A stretch of DNA of 64,000 bases from Treponemataceae bacterium (lineage in GTDB: Bacteria; Spirochaetota; Spirochaetia; Treponematales; Rectinemataceae): the NCBI GenBank assembly GCA_963667725.2, contig CAXXHO010000003.1:1024001-1088000 (forward strand). Reading direction: 5' to 3'. Of this stretch, positions 40,142-50,080 are shown piece after piece. The notes beneath the pieces are model-generated. The model saw only the letters and a program-made list of their open reading frames with translations, did no database searches and was not told the DNA's origin. The translations under genes and the position numbers were made by a program. Positions within the stretch are counted from its first letter, which is position 1. Every line of letters begins with the position of its first letter.

Positions 40142-41743
40142 ATGATAAGACATAGTCAAAAGAAAACAACTCCTCATATGAGCTTACGAGTACGCTTAGC
40201 TGCCGTAATGATGGCAACCATCATTATTTCTGTCTGTATTCAAATAGTTGCAGCGCGAACGTTTATAAAAAACTACATCATAAGTAATGGTTCTAATAGA
40301 GTTCTAAATATTGCAAAAGATCTTTCAATTGACCCGGAAATTATAGATGCGTTTTTGTTGGATGAGCCACAGTATGTGATTCAGCCAATTGTTGAACGGA
40401 CAAGAGTTTTAACGGAAACCAGTTTTATCGTTGTTTTTAATATGAATAGTGTAAGATACTCTCATCCAGTCCCTTCAAGGATTGGAAAAAAGTTTATCGG
40501 TGGAGATGAGGAAAGAGCATTAAAAGGTGAGAGCTATGTATCAACTGCAAGAGGAACCTTAACTACATCAATTCGATCTTTTGTTCCGATTAAAAATGAG
40601 GAAGATCAACAAATAGGCGTTATCTCTGTCGGGCTTAATTTGGATGATCTTCAGGAAGAGACAAGAAATATTACTGCCATTCTTTATTATATTGGAATGA
40701 TAACACTCGTAATAGGTATTGTTGGGTCGACTGTTCTTTCGCAAAATATAAAAAAGAGTCTTTTTGGTCTTGAGCCTGTTGAAATTGCAACACTTTTAGA
40801 GGAGAGAAATATCATTATTTCTACTGTTATGGAAGGCATTGTTGCAGTGGACCGAAAAGGTGATCTTCTTCTGATCAATGAGAGCGCTCGAAGATTACTC
40901 TCTATCGAAGATAAGCTTAGCTCCTCAATGAATCCAGCAATATATACTTCAATTGGTCTTGATTCAGTTATTGCTACCGGTGAGTCATCAATTGATGATG
41001 AGATCAGTCTTTGTGGAAGAGATGTTGTGGTAAATCGTATTCCAATGGTTTCTGGTGATACAATAATTGGCGCTGTTGCGACATTACGTGACAGAAGTGA
41101 AATGAAATTACTTGCAGGGGAGTTGATGGCGATCAAGCAATACACTACAGCTCTTCGTGCTCAAAAACACGAATTTATGAATAAGTTACAGGTTGTCTCT
41201 GGACTGTTGCAGATAAATCGTTCTACAGATGCATTAGCATATATAAAAAGCACTGTATCTAAACAACAGCAATCAGTGGATTCTTTACGACTAACCATTG
41301 AACCAGCTGAAATTTTGGCATTAGTTTTGGCCAAGATGGATGAAGCAAACGAAGCGAATATAATTATTAAAATAGAAGACGGAAGTCATTTGCCTTCACT
41401 CGGATACACAGCAACTGCAGCTTTCATCACTATTATAGGAAACCTTATACAGAATGCTATAGAATCATTGAAAACGAGCGAGCAACAGGAAAAATGTATT
41501 TCTTTACATTTTAGTCAACAAAACGGATGGTTCGATCTCAATATCGAGGATAATGGGATAGGAATAGATCCATCTCTACGAGATAAACTATTCTTGCAAG
41601 GTACTACTTCTAAAGGGGAAGGTCATATGGGTGTCGGTCTCTATCTTGTAAAGAAACAAGTAGAAGTAATGCAAGGGGAGATAGAAATAATTGAGAATAG
41701 TGGCGTAAAGATTAGTATCCGTATTCCTTTGGATAAGCTATGA
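40142..41743 (+). CDS. CitA/DcuS/MaeK-family sensor kinase
   Basis: sCache RYSHP..IG, PAS, LRAQKHEFMNKL. Confidence 0.92.
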   Translation: MIRHSQKKTTPHMSLRVRLAAVMMATIIISVCIQIVAARTFIKNYIISNGSNRVLNIAKDLSIDPEIIDAFLLDEPQYVIQPIVERTRVLTETSFIVVFNMNSVRYSHPVPSRIGKKFIGGDEERALKGESYVSTARGTLTTSIRSFVPIKNEEDQQIGVISVGLNLDDLQEETRNITAILYYIGMITLVIGIVGSTVLSQNIKKSLFGLEPVEIATLLEERNIIISTVMEGIVAVDRKGDLLLINESARRLLSIEDKLSSSMNPAIYTSIGLDSVIATGESSIDDEISLCGRDVVVNRIPMVSGDTIIGAVATLRDRSEMKLLAGELMAIKQYTTALRAQKHEFMNKLQVVSGLLQINRSTDALAYIKSTVSKQQQSVDSLRLTIEPAEILALVLAKMDEANEANIIIKIEDGSHLPSLGYTATAAFITIIGNLIQNAIESLKTSEQQEKCISLHFSQQNGWFDLNIEDNGIGIDPSLRDKLFLQGTTSKGEGHMGVGLYLVKKQVEVMQGEIEIIENSGVKISIRIPLDKL

Positions 41744-42426
41744 ATCCTATACATGTTATGATTGTTGAAGATGATTTTATGGTTGCCGACTTAAATCGTC
41801 AATTTACCGAATCATCGGGTAATTTTATTGTTGATAAAGTTGCATATAATGGTGCCGAAGCTTTAGCATTTCTTACTAAAAATGTCATTAATCTTATCAT
41901 ACTTGATATTTATCTACCAGATATCAATGGTATAGAACTCCTCAAGATCATTCGAAAGAGGGACTTCCCCTCTGATATTATATTAATCACCGCTGCACAT
42001 GATGCGGATACAGTGAAAGAATCAATACGTTTCGGTGTATTTGACTATATTATCAAGCCTTTTGATATGATCAGGTACCAAAACTCTTTATCTAGCTATT
42101 TTTGTTGCCTTAAGTCATTGGAATCTTCTGAGACAATTGATCAAGCACGGGTTGATATTGTAATGGCCGGAGCGAGTAAAAAACAGGATTTGATTTCTTC
42201 TCTTCCTAAGGGAATAAATCTATCTACAATGGAGCGAATAAAAAATATTCTTGAATATATCAAAGGAGAAATAGGTATTGATGATATTTGCTCAACAATG
42301 CCTGTATCACGGATAACAGCGCATAGATATTTGGAATATCTTGTTGATGATGGTTTCCTTGAGAAAAAATTTCGTTATCAACATATCGGCAGACCTTTGA
42401 CTGTCTATACAAGAAAAGGCTACTAA
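41740..42426 (+). CDS. CitB/DcuR/MaeR-family response regulator
   Basis: Receiver domain, LPKGI, SRITAHRYLEYL, IGRP. Confidence 0.92.
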   Translation: MNPIHVMIVEDDFMVADLNRQFTESSGNFIVDKVAYNGAEALAFLTKNVINLIILDIYLPDINGIELLKIIRKRDFPSDIILITAAHDADTVKESIRFGVFDYIIKPFDMIRYQNSLSSYFCCLKSLESSETIDQARVDIVMAGASKKQDLISSLPKGINLSTMERIKNILEYIKGEIGIDDICSTMPVSRITAHRYLEYLVDDGFLEKKFRYQHIGRPLTVYTRKGY

Positions 42427-42533
42427 ATTATATAATATTACGTTTTTAATATATTGTGTAGATGATAAAAATGATAAAAAAGATAACAATGAAATAAATC
42501 TTTACGTAGTTCCGAATTTATGCGATCAATATA

Positions 42534-43130
42534 TTGATGATAAATTTTAGGATTCTAATTAAGCAACTACTATATGTTTTCTCATTCGTATGTTGTCTTT
42601 TCTTTTCCCAAGCATATCTTCATTCGCAAGATATATCAAATAGTAAAACTTTTTATTCTTTACCACCAGTATTGATTACTTCCTGTGGACAAAGCCCTGA
42701 TGCATTCTCAATCAGTGCGATAGCTCGACGGATAGGCTTTGAATACTTCTATGATGATCTTTTTACATCATCGAAATTTGATGCATTTCGAACAGTAATA
42801 ATTGTGATGGGTGCAAGTCAGAAAGGATTGGGAGAAGCTGGCTTAAGTGTTTCTATGGAGCTGTCAAGAGTATCGGCCCTTCTTAAAAAGGCAAAAACTG
42901 TGGGGGCGAAAGTTATCGCAGTCCATATCGGCGGGGAGGCAAGGAGAGGGGCTGATTCGGAAAAATTTATTGACCTCGTCATCGCATTGGCAGATTGCAT
43001 TATTGTAACAAATAGGGGGAATGAAGATGGCAAGTTTTCTAAAGAATCAGAACGGTTGGGAATTCCCTTATTCCTAATAAAGGCTCCGAAGGATATTGAA
43101 GAACTGCTGTTAAGGCTGTTGAAGATTTGA
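42534..43130 (+). CDS. DUF6305 family exported protein 1
   Basis: Signal peptide; ITSCGQSPD, GASQKGLG.AG, HIGGEARRG. Confidence 0.8.
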   Translation: MMINFRILIKQLLYVFSFVCCLFFSQAYLHSQDISNSKTFYSLPPVLITSCGQSPDAFSISAIARRIGFEYFYDDLFTSSKFDAFRTVIIVMGASQKGLGEAGLSVSMELSRVSALLKKAKTVGAKVIAVHIGGEARRGADSEKFIDLVIALADCIIVTNRGNEDGKFSKESERLGIPLFLIKAPKDIEELLLRLLKI

Positions 43131-43206
43131 AGTAAAAATCTTTAGCTAATTATAATCATAAGCAATTTAGCTCATTTCTAAGTTCAAACTTAAGAGAGGT
43201 ATAGGT

Positions 43207-43785
43207 ATGTCTAAAAGGCAAGTATCACGATTCATTGTAAAATTCTTTGTATTTGTTTTATTGGTCTCTTCTGTTGAGGCAATTCCCTCTGGATCAGCAA
43301 CTCCTCATGCTGGAATGCCAATATTTATAACCACTGCAGGGCAAAGCGCTGATGCATATGCTGTAAAGTTACTGCTTGATAGAAGCAAGATGAAATCCGG
43401 TTATGATGCCATCGCAGAAGCTAATAAAATTATTGGATCAAAAACTCTAATTCTCGTCATGGGAGGGAGTTCTAAGGGTTTGGGTGCTGCAGGTATGGAT
43501 GAAGATGAAGAAATTGCCCGTATCAATCACCTTCTAGATGGTGCCCGAAAGGAGAAAATGTACATCGTCGGTCTTCATATAGGAGGTGAATCTCGTCGTG
43601 GTGCTCTTTCAGCCAAATTTATCAATCTTGTTGCTCCGTTCTGCAATTATCTCATCGTGAAGAAGGATGGCAATAAAGATGGCTACTTCACTGACTTAGG
43701 TACTAAGAAAAAGATCCCTGTCACGCTTATCGATGAGACACTCGATTTGGTCACCATATTCAAGTCGTTGTTTTCTGTAAATTAA
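43207..43785 (+). CDS. DUF6305 family exported protein 2
   Basis: Signal peptide; ITTAGQSAD, GGSSKGLGAAG, HIGGESRRG, GNKDG. Confidence 0.82.
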   Translation: MSKRQVSRFIVKFFVFVLLVSSVEAIPSGSATPHAGMPIFITTAGQSADAYAVKLLLDRSKMKSGYDAIAEANKIIGSKTLILVMGGSSKGLGAAGMDEDEEIARINHLLDGARKEKMYIVGLHIGGESRRGALSAKFINLVAPFCNYLIVKKDGNKDGYFTDLGTKKKIPVTLIDETLDLVTIFKSLFSVN

Positions 43786-43884
43786 TGACTTGGGTATTTA
43801 TCGTAAAACGGCGATCGACAATATTGCCCTAATATGGCTCTAGTGTACGACCGCTAAAGTACTACCCCTAAAAGGAGGGAGTGT

Positions 43885-45732
43885 ATGAATAAGAGCAAGG
43901 AAACTCGAACCTCGAGCACCCACGTTACGGCCCTAGTGGCTGTTGTAGTGTTGCTCGTTGTAGTCGGTGTATCCGCGGGAGCCCAGGTAATTTACAGGCC
44001 GGATGTTGTAGGCAAACAGGGTGTCGTCGCTTCCGCCCATTCGCTCGCATCTGAGGCTGGATTGCAGATTCTTCGTGACGGAGGAAATGCTATCGATGCG
44101 GCAGTGGCGGTTATGGCTGCTCTCAATGTCGTGGAACCAAATGCTTCTGGCGCCGCAGGAAATGGATGCCTCACTATTTTTTGGAAACCCGATGGACAGG
44201 TCAAAGAGCTTCTCATGACAGGGGCTGCTCCGCTTAATATGCCCACCAATGGCCTAAGCCCAGAAGAACGCGACGGGGGTATCCTCGCTGGTGTAACTCC
44301 TGGAAATTATGGAGGCTGGATTGAAGCTCTCGATAAGTATGGCACAAAAAGCCTCGCAGAAGTATTAAAGCCAGCAATAGGCTACGCGGAGAATGGTTTC
44401 TCAATAAGTAAGTCCTTAAGCGGTGTCATTGAATCTTATAGACCAGTTCTTGAGTTGAATCCCACGACAGCAAAAATATGGCTTCAGGAGGGCAAAGCAC
44501 CAACAGCTGGTACCATTATTGTTCAATCGGATCTAGCAAACACCTTCAAGAAGCTTTGTGAGGCCGAAAGCGTCTCTATTGCCAAAGGTCAAAGCAGAAG
44601 CGCTGGGTTGAAAGCTGCATATGATTGTTTCTATACGGGCGAGATTGCTCACGAGATCGCTGACTTTTATAAGGAAAACGGTGGTTATTTTACACTTGAA
44701 GATCTGGCATCGTACCATCCTGAATGGGTGAAACCCGCATCAACAAATTATAGAGGTTTCGATGTCTACAGCACACCAGCAACTTCTCGCGGTGGAATTG
44801 AACTCATCATGGCATTGAACATGATAGAGGCCTATGATGTAAAAAAAATGGGACTAAATAGTGCTGAAGAACTCCACCTCGTTGCAGAGATCATGAAAAT
44901 CGTAAAGAGTGATGTTTATCATTACGTTGCTGACCCTAATTTTATAGATATTCCTCTCGATGGGATGACATCTAAAGCATACGCTGAGAAACGTCGTTCG
45001 CTAATCGATTTTAATAAAGCTATTAAATTCCCCGAACCTGGAAAGCCAGAAGACTATCTTAAAGCTGCACAGTCAGCAGATAAAATATCTTCTGTCATCT
45101 ATACGAAAGCCGGGAATCCTTCATACATCACGAGCGTAGGTTCCACCACCAGCTTTAGTATTGTCGATCAATACGGAAACGCTGTAGGTGGTACGGTTAC
45201 ACTTGGTGATTACTGGGGAACTAAGGTCGTAGTAGGAAATACTGGATTATTGTTCAACAATGGAACACGTGATGGCTCAACCGCAGGTAAATATCCAGAT
45301 AACGTAAACTACCCGCAACCTGGTAAGCGCGGACTCCTTAATAATTCCCCTACGGTAGTACTCAAAGATGGCAGCCTTGTTTCAGTATTCGGAACACCGG
45401 GTGGTGAAGGCATTGGCATTACTCAATTCCAGTTACTCATGAACTTAGTTGATTTTGGTATGGGAATACAGGAAGCAATCGAGTCTCCGCGGTTTATCCT
45501 TGCAGCAAAACCTGACTTCTATACAATCGGCGCTGACGTGTCATGGACTATCGAAAGCAGGGTTGACCCCAAAGTAATCAAGTCTCTTACAAGCCTTGGC
45601 CATAATATTAAGGTCTCCAGTGCTTTCACGAGCAGCGTTGGTGGTATGCAGGGTATTCTCGTTGATCAAAAAACTGGATGGATTTTTGGAGGTGGTGATC
45701 CGAGACGTGGCGGTTATGCGGTTGGATTTTAA
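43885..45732 (+). CDS. GGT-like Ntn hydrolase, copy 2 (non-canonical pocket)
   Basis: GGNAIDAA, STTSFSIVD, GTPGG, GDPRRGG; signal peptide. Confidence 0.9.
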   Translation: MNKSKETRTSSTHVTALVAVVVLLVVVGVSAGAQVIYRPDVVGKQGVVASAHSLASEAGLQILRDGGNAIDAAVAVMAALNVVEPNASGAAGNGCLTIFWKPDGQVKELLMTGAAPLNMPTNGLSPEERDGGILAGVTPGNYGGWIEALDKYGTKSLAEVLKPAIGYAENGFSISKSLSGVIESYRPVLELNPTTAKIWLQEGKAPTAGTIIVQSDLANTFKKLCEAESVSIAKGQSRSAGLKAAYDCFYTGEIAHEIADFYKENGGYFTLEDLASYHPEWVKPASTNYRGFDVYSTPATSRGGIELIMALNMIEAYDVKKMGLNSAEELHLVAEIMKIVKSDVYHYVADPNFIDIPLDGMTSKAYAEKRRSLIDFNKAIKFPEPGKPEDYLKAAQSADKISSVIYTKAGNPSYITSVGSTTSFSIVDQYGNAVGGTVTLGDYWGTKVVVGNTGLLFNNGTRDGSTAGKYPDNVNYPQPGKRGLLNNSPTVVLKDGSLVSVFGTPGGEGIGITQFQLLMNLVDFGMGIQEAIESPRFILAAKPDFYTIGADVSWTIESRVDPKVIKSLTSLGHNIKVSSAFTSSVGGMQGILVDQKTGWIFGGGDPRRGGYAVGF

Positions 45733-45802
45733 ACTAGGTAGTAAATACTAAAAAGAGCCCGGGGGGTCTCGGGCTCCTATCTCTTTGTAAGGAGCTCCTA
45801 AG

Positions 45803-47095
45803 GTGTCGCAAATTTGGCAGACTATAATAACCCTGATAATAATGATTGGGGTCTTCCTTATAACAACAAGGCTTTTAAAACTTTCACCTGCCTTCGGCAT
45901 GCTTTTTGGCGCTATTGCTGGTGCTCTCACTGCAGGAGAAGGGCTTGCGTTAAGGCATCTAGTGGAAGGCGCCTTTATGTATTTTGATGTTGTGATGGTC
46001 ATTCTCACTGCTTCAATCTTCATGAGATTATGGAGTCAATCGGGCGGCTTAAATGTATTCGTACGTGACCTAATAATGATATTCTCCTGGTCACCGTCTC
46101 TACTTCTTGTGCTCCTAATGTTCGTTGTTATGCTACCAGCAGCTCTCACTGGCTCTGGTACTGCGGCTATAATGGCAGCCGGCGGGCTAGTGGCAACTAT
46201 CCTTGATAAAATGGGTCTCCCTAAGAAGAACATTGTTGGCTTCATCGCGATGGGTGCAGTCTTTGGATTAGTCGCTCCTCCAATTAATATACCTGCGATG
46301 ATTATTAGCACTGGCATTAATATGCCTTATGATGGTTTCTTCGGACCTCTGCTCATTCTGAGTATCCCATTAGGGGCACTATCCGCGCTACTTATTGGCA
46401 GAAAGCATGTTAATAAAAACTTGAATGCTAACGAGCTACTCGCAAGTGTAAGTGGTGAAGTTCCTCGGCTTGGATCTCTTGGCGCTTACTTACCGTTGAT
46501 TGTTGTGATAGTGATTATGATACTTCAACGTACTTTCCCAAGAAGTTTTCCACAAATTGGCAACACCATGGTTTTCGTCGCTGGGTCTGTTGTAGCTGCA
46601 TTATTGTCGAAGAAGTTAATGTTAATCGAGACTGTAAAGAACACAGTCGCTGATTCCATTGGAGTATGTTGTCTTCTTATTGCAGTTGGCTCAATTGTTC
46701 AAGTTATGACACTCACTGGGGTACGTGGTCTTCTTGTCGTAAGTACTATATCGGCTCCCATAACTATCTTATTTATACTTCTCTTTCTCGGTTTACCGCT
46801 CTCTGGTTGTGTGCTTGGCACGTATGGTGCTGCTTCTGTATTCGGTATCCCATTCATGCTCGCGCTACTTGGACGAAACCCGATTATTGCTACAGCGGGC
46901 ATTAGTCTAATTGCCGGGCTCGCTACCCTCACGCCTCCAACAGCTCTAGATGGACGTGCTGCTATGTTAATCGTGAAATATGATGGGAGTTATACCCAAG
47001 TCTTAAGAACAATGGCTGTCCCAATAATTCTTGCTGATGTTCTTGGAACCCTCTTCGTAATCTTTGCATCCAGCCTTAAATGGTTGATCTTTTAA
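45803..47095 (+). CDS. DctM/IT-superfamily permease, copy 2
   Basis: RHLVEG, APPINIPAMI, GAASVFGIPF, PPTAL shared with the 20396 gene; GTG start. Confidence 0.82.
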   Translation: MSQIWQTIITLIIMIGVFLITTRLLKLSPAFGMLFGAIAGALTAGEGLALRHLVEGAFMYFDVVMVILTASIFMRLWSQSGGLNVFVRDLIMIFSWSPSLLLVLLMFVVMLPAALTGSGTAAIMAAGGLVATILDKMGLPKKNIVGFIAMGAVFGLVAPPINIPAMIISTGINMPYDGFFGPLLILSIPLGALSALLIGRKHVNKNLNANELLASVSGEVPRLGSLGAYLPLIVVIVIMILQRTFPRSFPQIGNTMVFVAGSVVAALLSKKLMLIETVKNTVADSIGVCCLLIAVGSIVQVMTLTGVRGLLVVSTISAPITILFILLFLGLPLSGCVLGTYGAASVFGIPFMLALLGRNPIIATAGISLIAGLATLTPPTALDGRAAMLIVKYDGSYTQVLRTMAVPIILADVLGTLFVIFASSLKWLIF

Positions 47096-47107
47096 AGGAG
47101 GTCGGGA

Positions 47108-47257
47108 ATGCTTCTCATTATTTTATATAAACTCGTCTACTGCTGCATCCTCGCCGCAATAGTTATTGGCCTTTTCCAGGCGGCATTGCTAAAAGCGAAG
47201 GCCTCCTTCGCAATTGTGGCTTTACCTCTGCTCTTGCGATTATTTGGGATTAAATGA
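47108..47257 (+). CDS. 49 aa membrane microprotein, copy 2 (below the ORF-track cutoff)
   Basis: AAGGAGG RBS; MLLIILYKLVYCCILAAIVIGLFQAALLKAKASFAIVALPLLLRLFGIK. Confidence 0.85.
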   Translation: MLLIILYKLVYCCILAAIVIGLFQAALLKAKASFAIVALPLLLRLFGIK

Positions 47258-47270
47258 GGGAGATAAATAA

Positions 47271-48437
47271 ATGACAAGCCAATTTAAGGAAAAAGAAGCC
47301 AAAGCTACACTGTCAAATACTGCCTTTTCACTTATCGTAGTAGGATTTTTAGCCTCAATATTTATCTACTCTGCCATAACTTTCCTAGGTATGAGGAAAT
47401 TTGAGGCTGTACCTAAAGGTCCTGGTGTAACCCGCTTGGGTCTCCTTTCTGATTATTTTTCCGACCTTAAGGGAGGGGCAGGGGATACTGAGATCTTCTA
47501 TCTCGAGGGCAAAGAACCTGGGGGAACCGTCATTTGCCTAGGAGGGGTCCATCCTAACGAACCTTCGGGAGTACTGGCTGCAACTCTTCTTGTTGAGAAT
47601 GCTCAAGTTAATATTGGGCGATTAATCATTATACCACACACTAACGCCAGCGCTTTCTCCTATTCAACGCCTGGTGAAGGCACTCCGATGAGCTATACTA
47701 TAAAAACGGACTGGGGAGAACAAAAATTCCGTTATGGTAGCCGCCTCACAAATCCACTTCACCAGTTCCCTGATCCCGATGTATATGTTCATTTCCCCAG
47801 CAATCAGCTCATGTCCGGTAACGAAGCAAGGAACCTTGATCGCGCTTTCCCAGGTAATCCTAAAGGTGGCCTAACCCAAAAAGTTGCTTTTGCCGTTGCC
47901 GAAATGGTGAGAAAAGAGGATGCAGGACTTGTAATTGACATGCATGAAGCGAGATTGATGAATCCCATAGTCAACTGCATAATTACTCCAGAGCGAGCCC
48001 TAACTCTTTCATCTTTTGCTCAAATGGATCTTGAATCCAGCACTAAACAGCCTTGGCATCTTGAACCTTCTCCAGCTAAAATGTTTGGTATGTCCCATAG
48101 AGGACTGACTGATGCCACGAATGCTCTTGCAGTCCTCATGGAGACTGGGAATCCTGCAATGGACTATCCACGAGGACCAACTACAGAAAATCTCATCGTT
48201 GAAGGCAAGGATGATTTTTATAAACTAGCCTCTGATAAGGGACTTCTGTATGTCCCGTATCCTAAAGAAGGTCTATCCCTCAAACATCGTGTGGCTCGAC
48301 AACTTGCAGGAGCAGATGAACTCATTCGAGTTTTCTCCGAAATATCTGAAGATGGACAATCTATAAGTGTTGAGCATATACCTACATACGAAAATGTTGA
48401 AGCCTACGGCCTCGGACATTTCATCCTTGAGCCTTAA
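47271..48437 (+). CDS. M14/succinylglutamate desuccinylase-aspartoacylase family hydrolase, copy 2
   Basis: GGVHPNE, RNLDR, DMHE; FRYGSR.TNP.HQ.PDPDVY shared with copy 1. Confidence 0.85.
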   Translation: MTSQFKEKEAKATLSNTAFSLIVVGFLASIFIYSAITFLGMRKFEAVPKGPGVTRLGLLSDYFSDLKGGAGDTEIFYLEGKEPGGTVICLGGVHPNEPSGVLAATLLVENAQVNIGRLIIIPHTNASAFSYSTPGEGTPMSYTIKTDWGEQKFRYGSRLTNPLHQFPDPDVYVHFPSNQLMSGNEARNLDRAFPGNPKGGLTQKVAFAVAEMVRKEDAGLVIDMHEARLMNPIVNCIITPERALTLSSFAQMDLESSTKQPWHLEPSPAKMFGMSHRGLTDATNALAVLMETGNPAMDYPRGPTTENLIVEGKDDFYKLASDKGLLYVPYPKEGLSLKHRVARQLAGADELIRVFSEISEDGQSISVEHIPTYENVEAYGLGHFILEP

Positions 48438-48456
48438 GCCTTGAGCCTTAAGCACA

Positions 48457-48505
48457 TAAATCCCGCCAATGTATCTATACTATTAATGGCGGGATTTACT
48501 TTTAT
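48457..48505 (+). terminator. Terminator-like hairpin
   Basis: TAAATCCCGCCA...TGGCGGGATTTA followed by CTTTTT. Confidence 0.6.
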
Positions 48506-48529
48506 ATTTCCATATGAAAAGGATAAATC

Positions 48530-49981
48530 ATGAATCTCAATCTCACTTTAGCCAACCTTTCCCAAGCCTTCCCCGAAGACTTCACCCAAGACCAGAAAGC
48601 CCGCGCCCAGACCCTCTTTCTCAAGAAGCTTTCCATTCAGGCGCATAAGTTCTACGGCGGCAAAATGCAGACCGTGCCCAAGGCCGGCGTCTATGGTTTT
48701 AACTGGTTCAATGTATGGTATACCCCCGGCGTTTCCAAGGTTTCCACGACGATTCGCGACAACAACGACGAATCCTTCGCCCTTTCCAACAGGGGTAACC
48801 TCGTCGCCGTAGTATCCGATTCCACCCGCGTCCTGGGCGACGGCGACTGCACGCCCCCTGGAGGCTTGGGTGTCATGGAAGGAAAAGCCTTCCTCATGAA
48901 ATACCTGGGCGGCGTCGACTGCATCGCCCTCTGCGTCGATTCGCGGGGCAAGGACGGCAAGCACGACCCCGACAAGATCATCGAATTCGTGAAGATGCTC
49001 CAGCCCTCGGTGGGAGCGGTCAATCTCGAAGACATCAGCCAGCCCAACTGCTACAAGGTCCTGGACGAGCTGCGCGAATCCTGCGACATCCCCGTATGGC
49101 ATGACGATGCCCAGGGCACAGCCTCCGTCACCCTGGCGGGCGTTCTAAACGCTCTCTCCCTCGCGGGCAAGAAGCTCTCGGAGGCCAAAATTGTATTCCT
49201 GGGCGCCGGCGCTTCCAACACGACCATCGCCCGCCTCATCATGACCGATGGCGGCAAGGGCGAGAACATGGTGATGTTCGACACGAAAGGTTCGCTCCAC
49301 GCTGGCCGCAAGGACATCGAGGCCGACCCGAGGCTCTACAGGAAATGGGAGCTCTGCCAGGCCACGAACCCTAAGCGCGTCGCCACGGAAGCCGAAGCCC
49401 TCAAGGGCGCCGATGTCCTCATCGCCCTCTCGATCCCCGGCCCCGATACCGTCAAGCGCGAATGGGTACACTCGATGGCGCCCAAGTCCATCGTCTTCTG
49501 CTGCGCCAACCCCGTGCCTGAAATCTGGCCCTACGCGGCCAAGGAAGAAGGCGCCTTCATCGTGGCCACCGGCCGCGGTGACTTCCCCAACCAGGTGAAC
49601 AACTCCGTCTGCTTCCCCGGCATTCTGAAAGGAGCCCTGGCCGTGCGCGCCCGCAAGATCACCGACGGCATGGCAATACGCTGCGCCCACTCCCTCGCCG
49701 ACTTCGCCAAGAAGCGGGGCATCACGCCCGACAACATCGTCGCGACCATGTCCGAAACCGAGGTTTTCGCCGTGGAAGCCGCAGACGTCGCCATGCAGGC
49801 CATCGCCGAGGGCGTGGCCAGGGTCCAGGCGACATGGCAGGAAGTCTACGACAAGGCTATGGCCGACATCGCCGCCTCGAGGAATCTGACCAAGGACATG
49901 ATGGCCATGGGCTACATCAAGGAACCGCCCCAGGCGATGCTCCAGCAGATGCTCGATGAGGCTATCGCCGAGGTGCGCTGA
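48530..49981 (+). CDS. NAD(P)-dependent malic enzyme
   Basis: YTPGV, VMEGKA, NLEDI, HDDAQGT, GAGAS, ANPVPEI, PNQVNN. Confidence 0.95.
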   Translation: MNLNLTLANLSQAFPEDFTQDQKARAQTLFLKKLSIQAHKFYGGKMQTVPKAGVYGFNWFNVWYTPGVSKVSTTIRDNNDESFALSNRGNLVAVVSDSTRVLGDGDCTPPGGLGVMEGKAFLMKYLGGVDCIALCVDSRGKDGKHDPDKIIEFVKMLQPSVGAVNLEDISQPNCYKVLDELRESCDIPVWHDDAQGTASVTLAGVLNALSLAGKKLSEAKIVFLGAGASNTTIARLIMTDGGKGENMVMFDTKGSLHAGRKDIEADPRLYRKWELCQATNPKRVATEAEALKGADVLIALSIPGPDTVKREWVHSMAPKSIVFCCANPVPEIWPYAAKEEGAFIVATGRGDFPNQVNNSVCFPGILKGALAVRARKITDGMAIRCAHSLADFAKKRGITPDNIVATMSETEVFAVEAADVAMQAIAEGVARVQATWQEVYDKAMADIAASRNLTKDMMAMGYIKEPPQAMLQQMLDEAIAEVR

Positions 49982-50046
49982 TAATTCTCAACTGTGATGG
50001 GTTGTTTTAATTATTTTTTACATTGCCATTGCTTCTTTAAATTATA

Positions 50047-50080
50047 TAAAGCAACACCTGATGTAGAGGGTGTTGCTTTA
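50047..50080. terminator. Bidirectional terminator-like hairpin
   Basis: TAAAGCAACACC-N10-GGTGTTGCTTTA. Confidence 0.7.

Noticed and set aside
43786..43884. Possible structured RNA or riboswitch before ggt copy 2 (also 39700-39810)
   Set aside because: Only weak pairing and no recognisable family motif; an Infernal search would be needed
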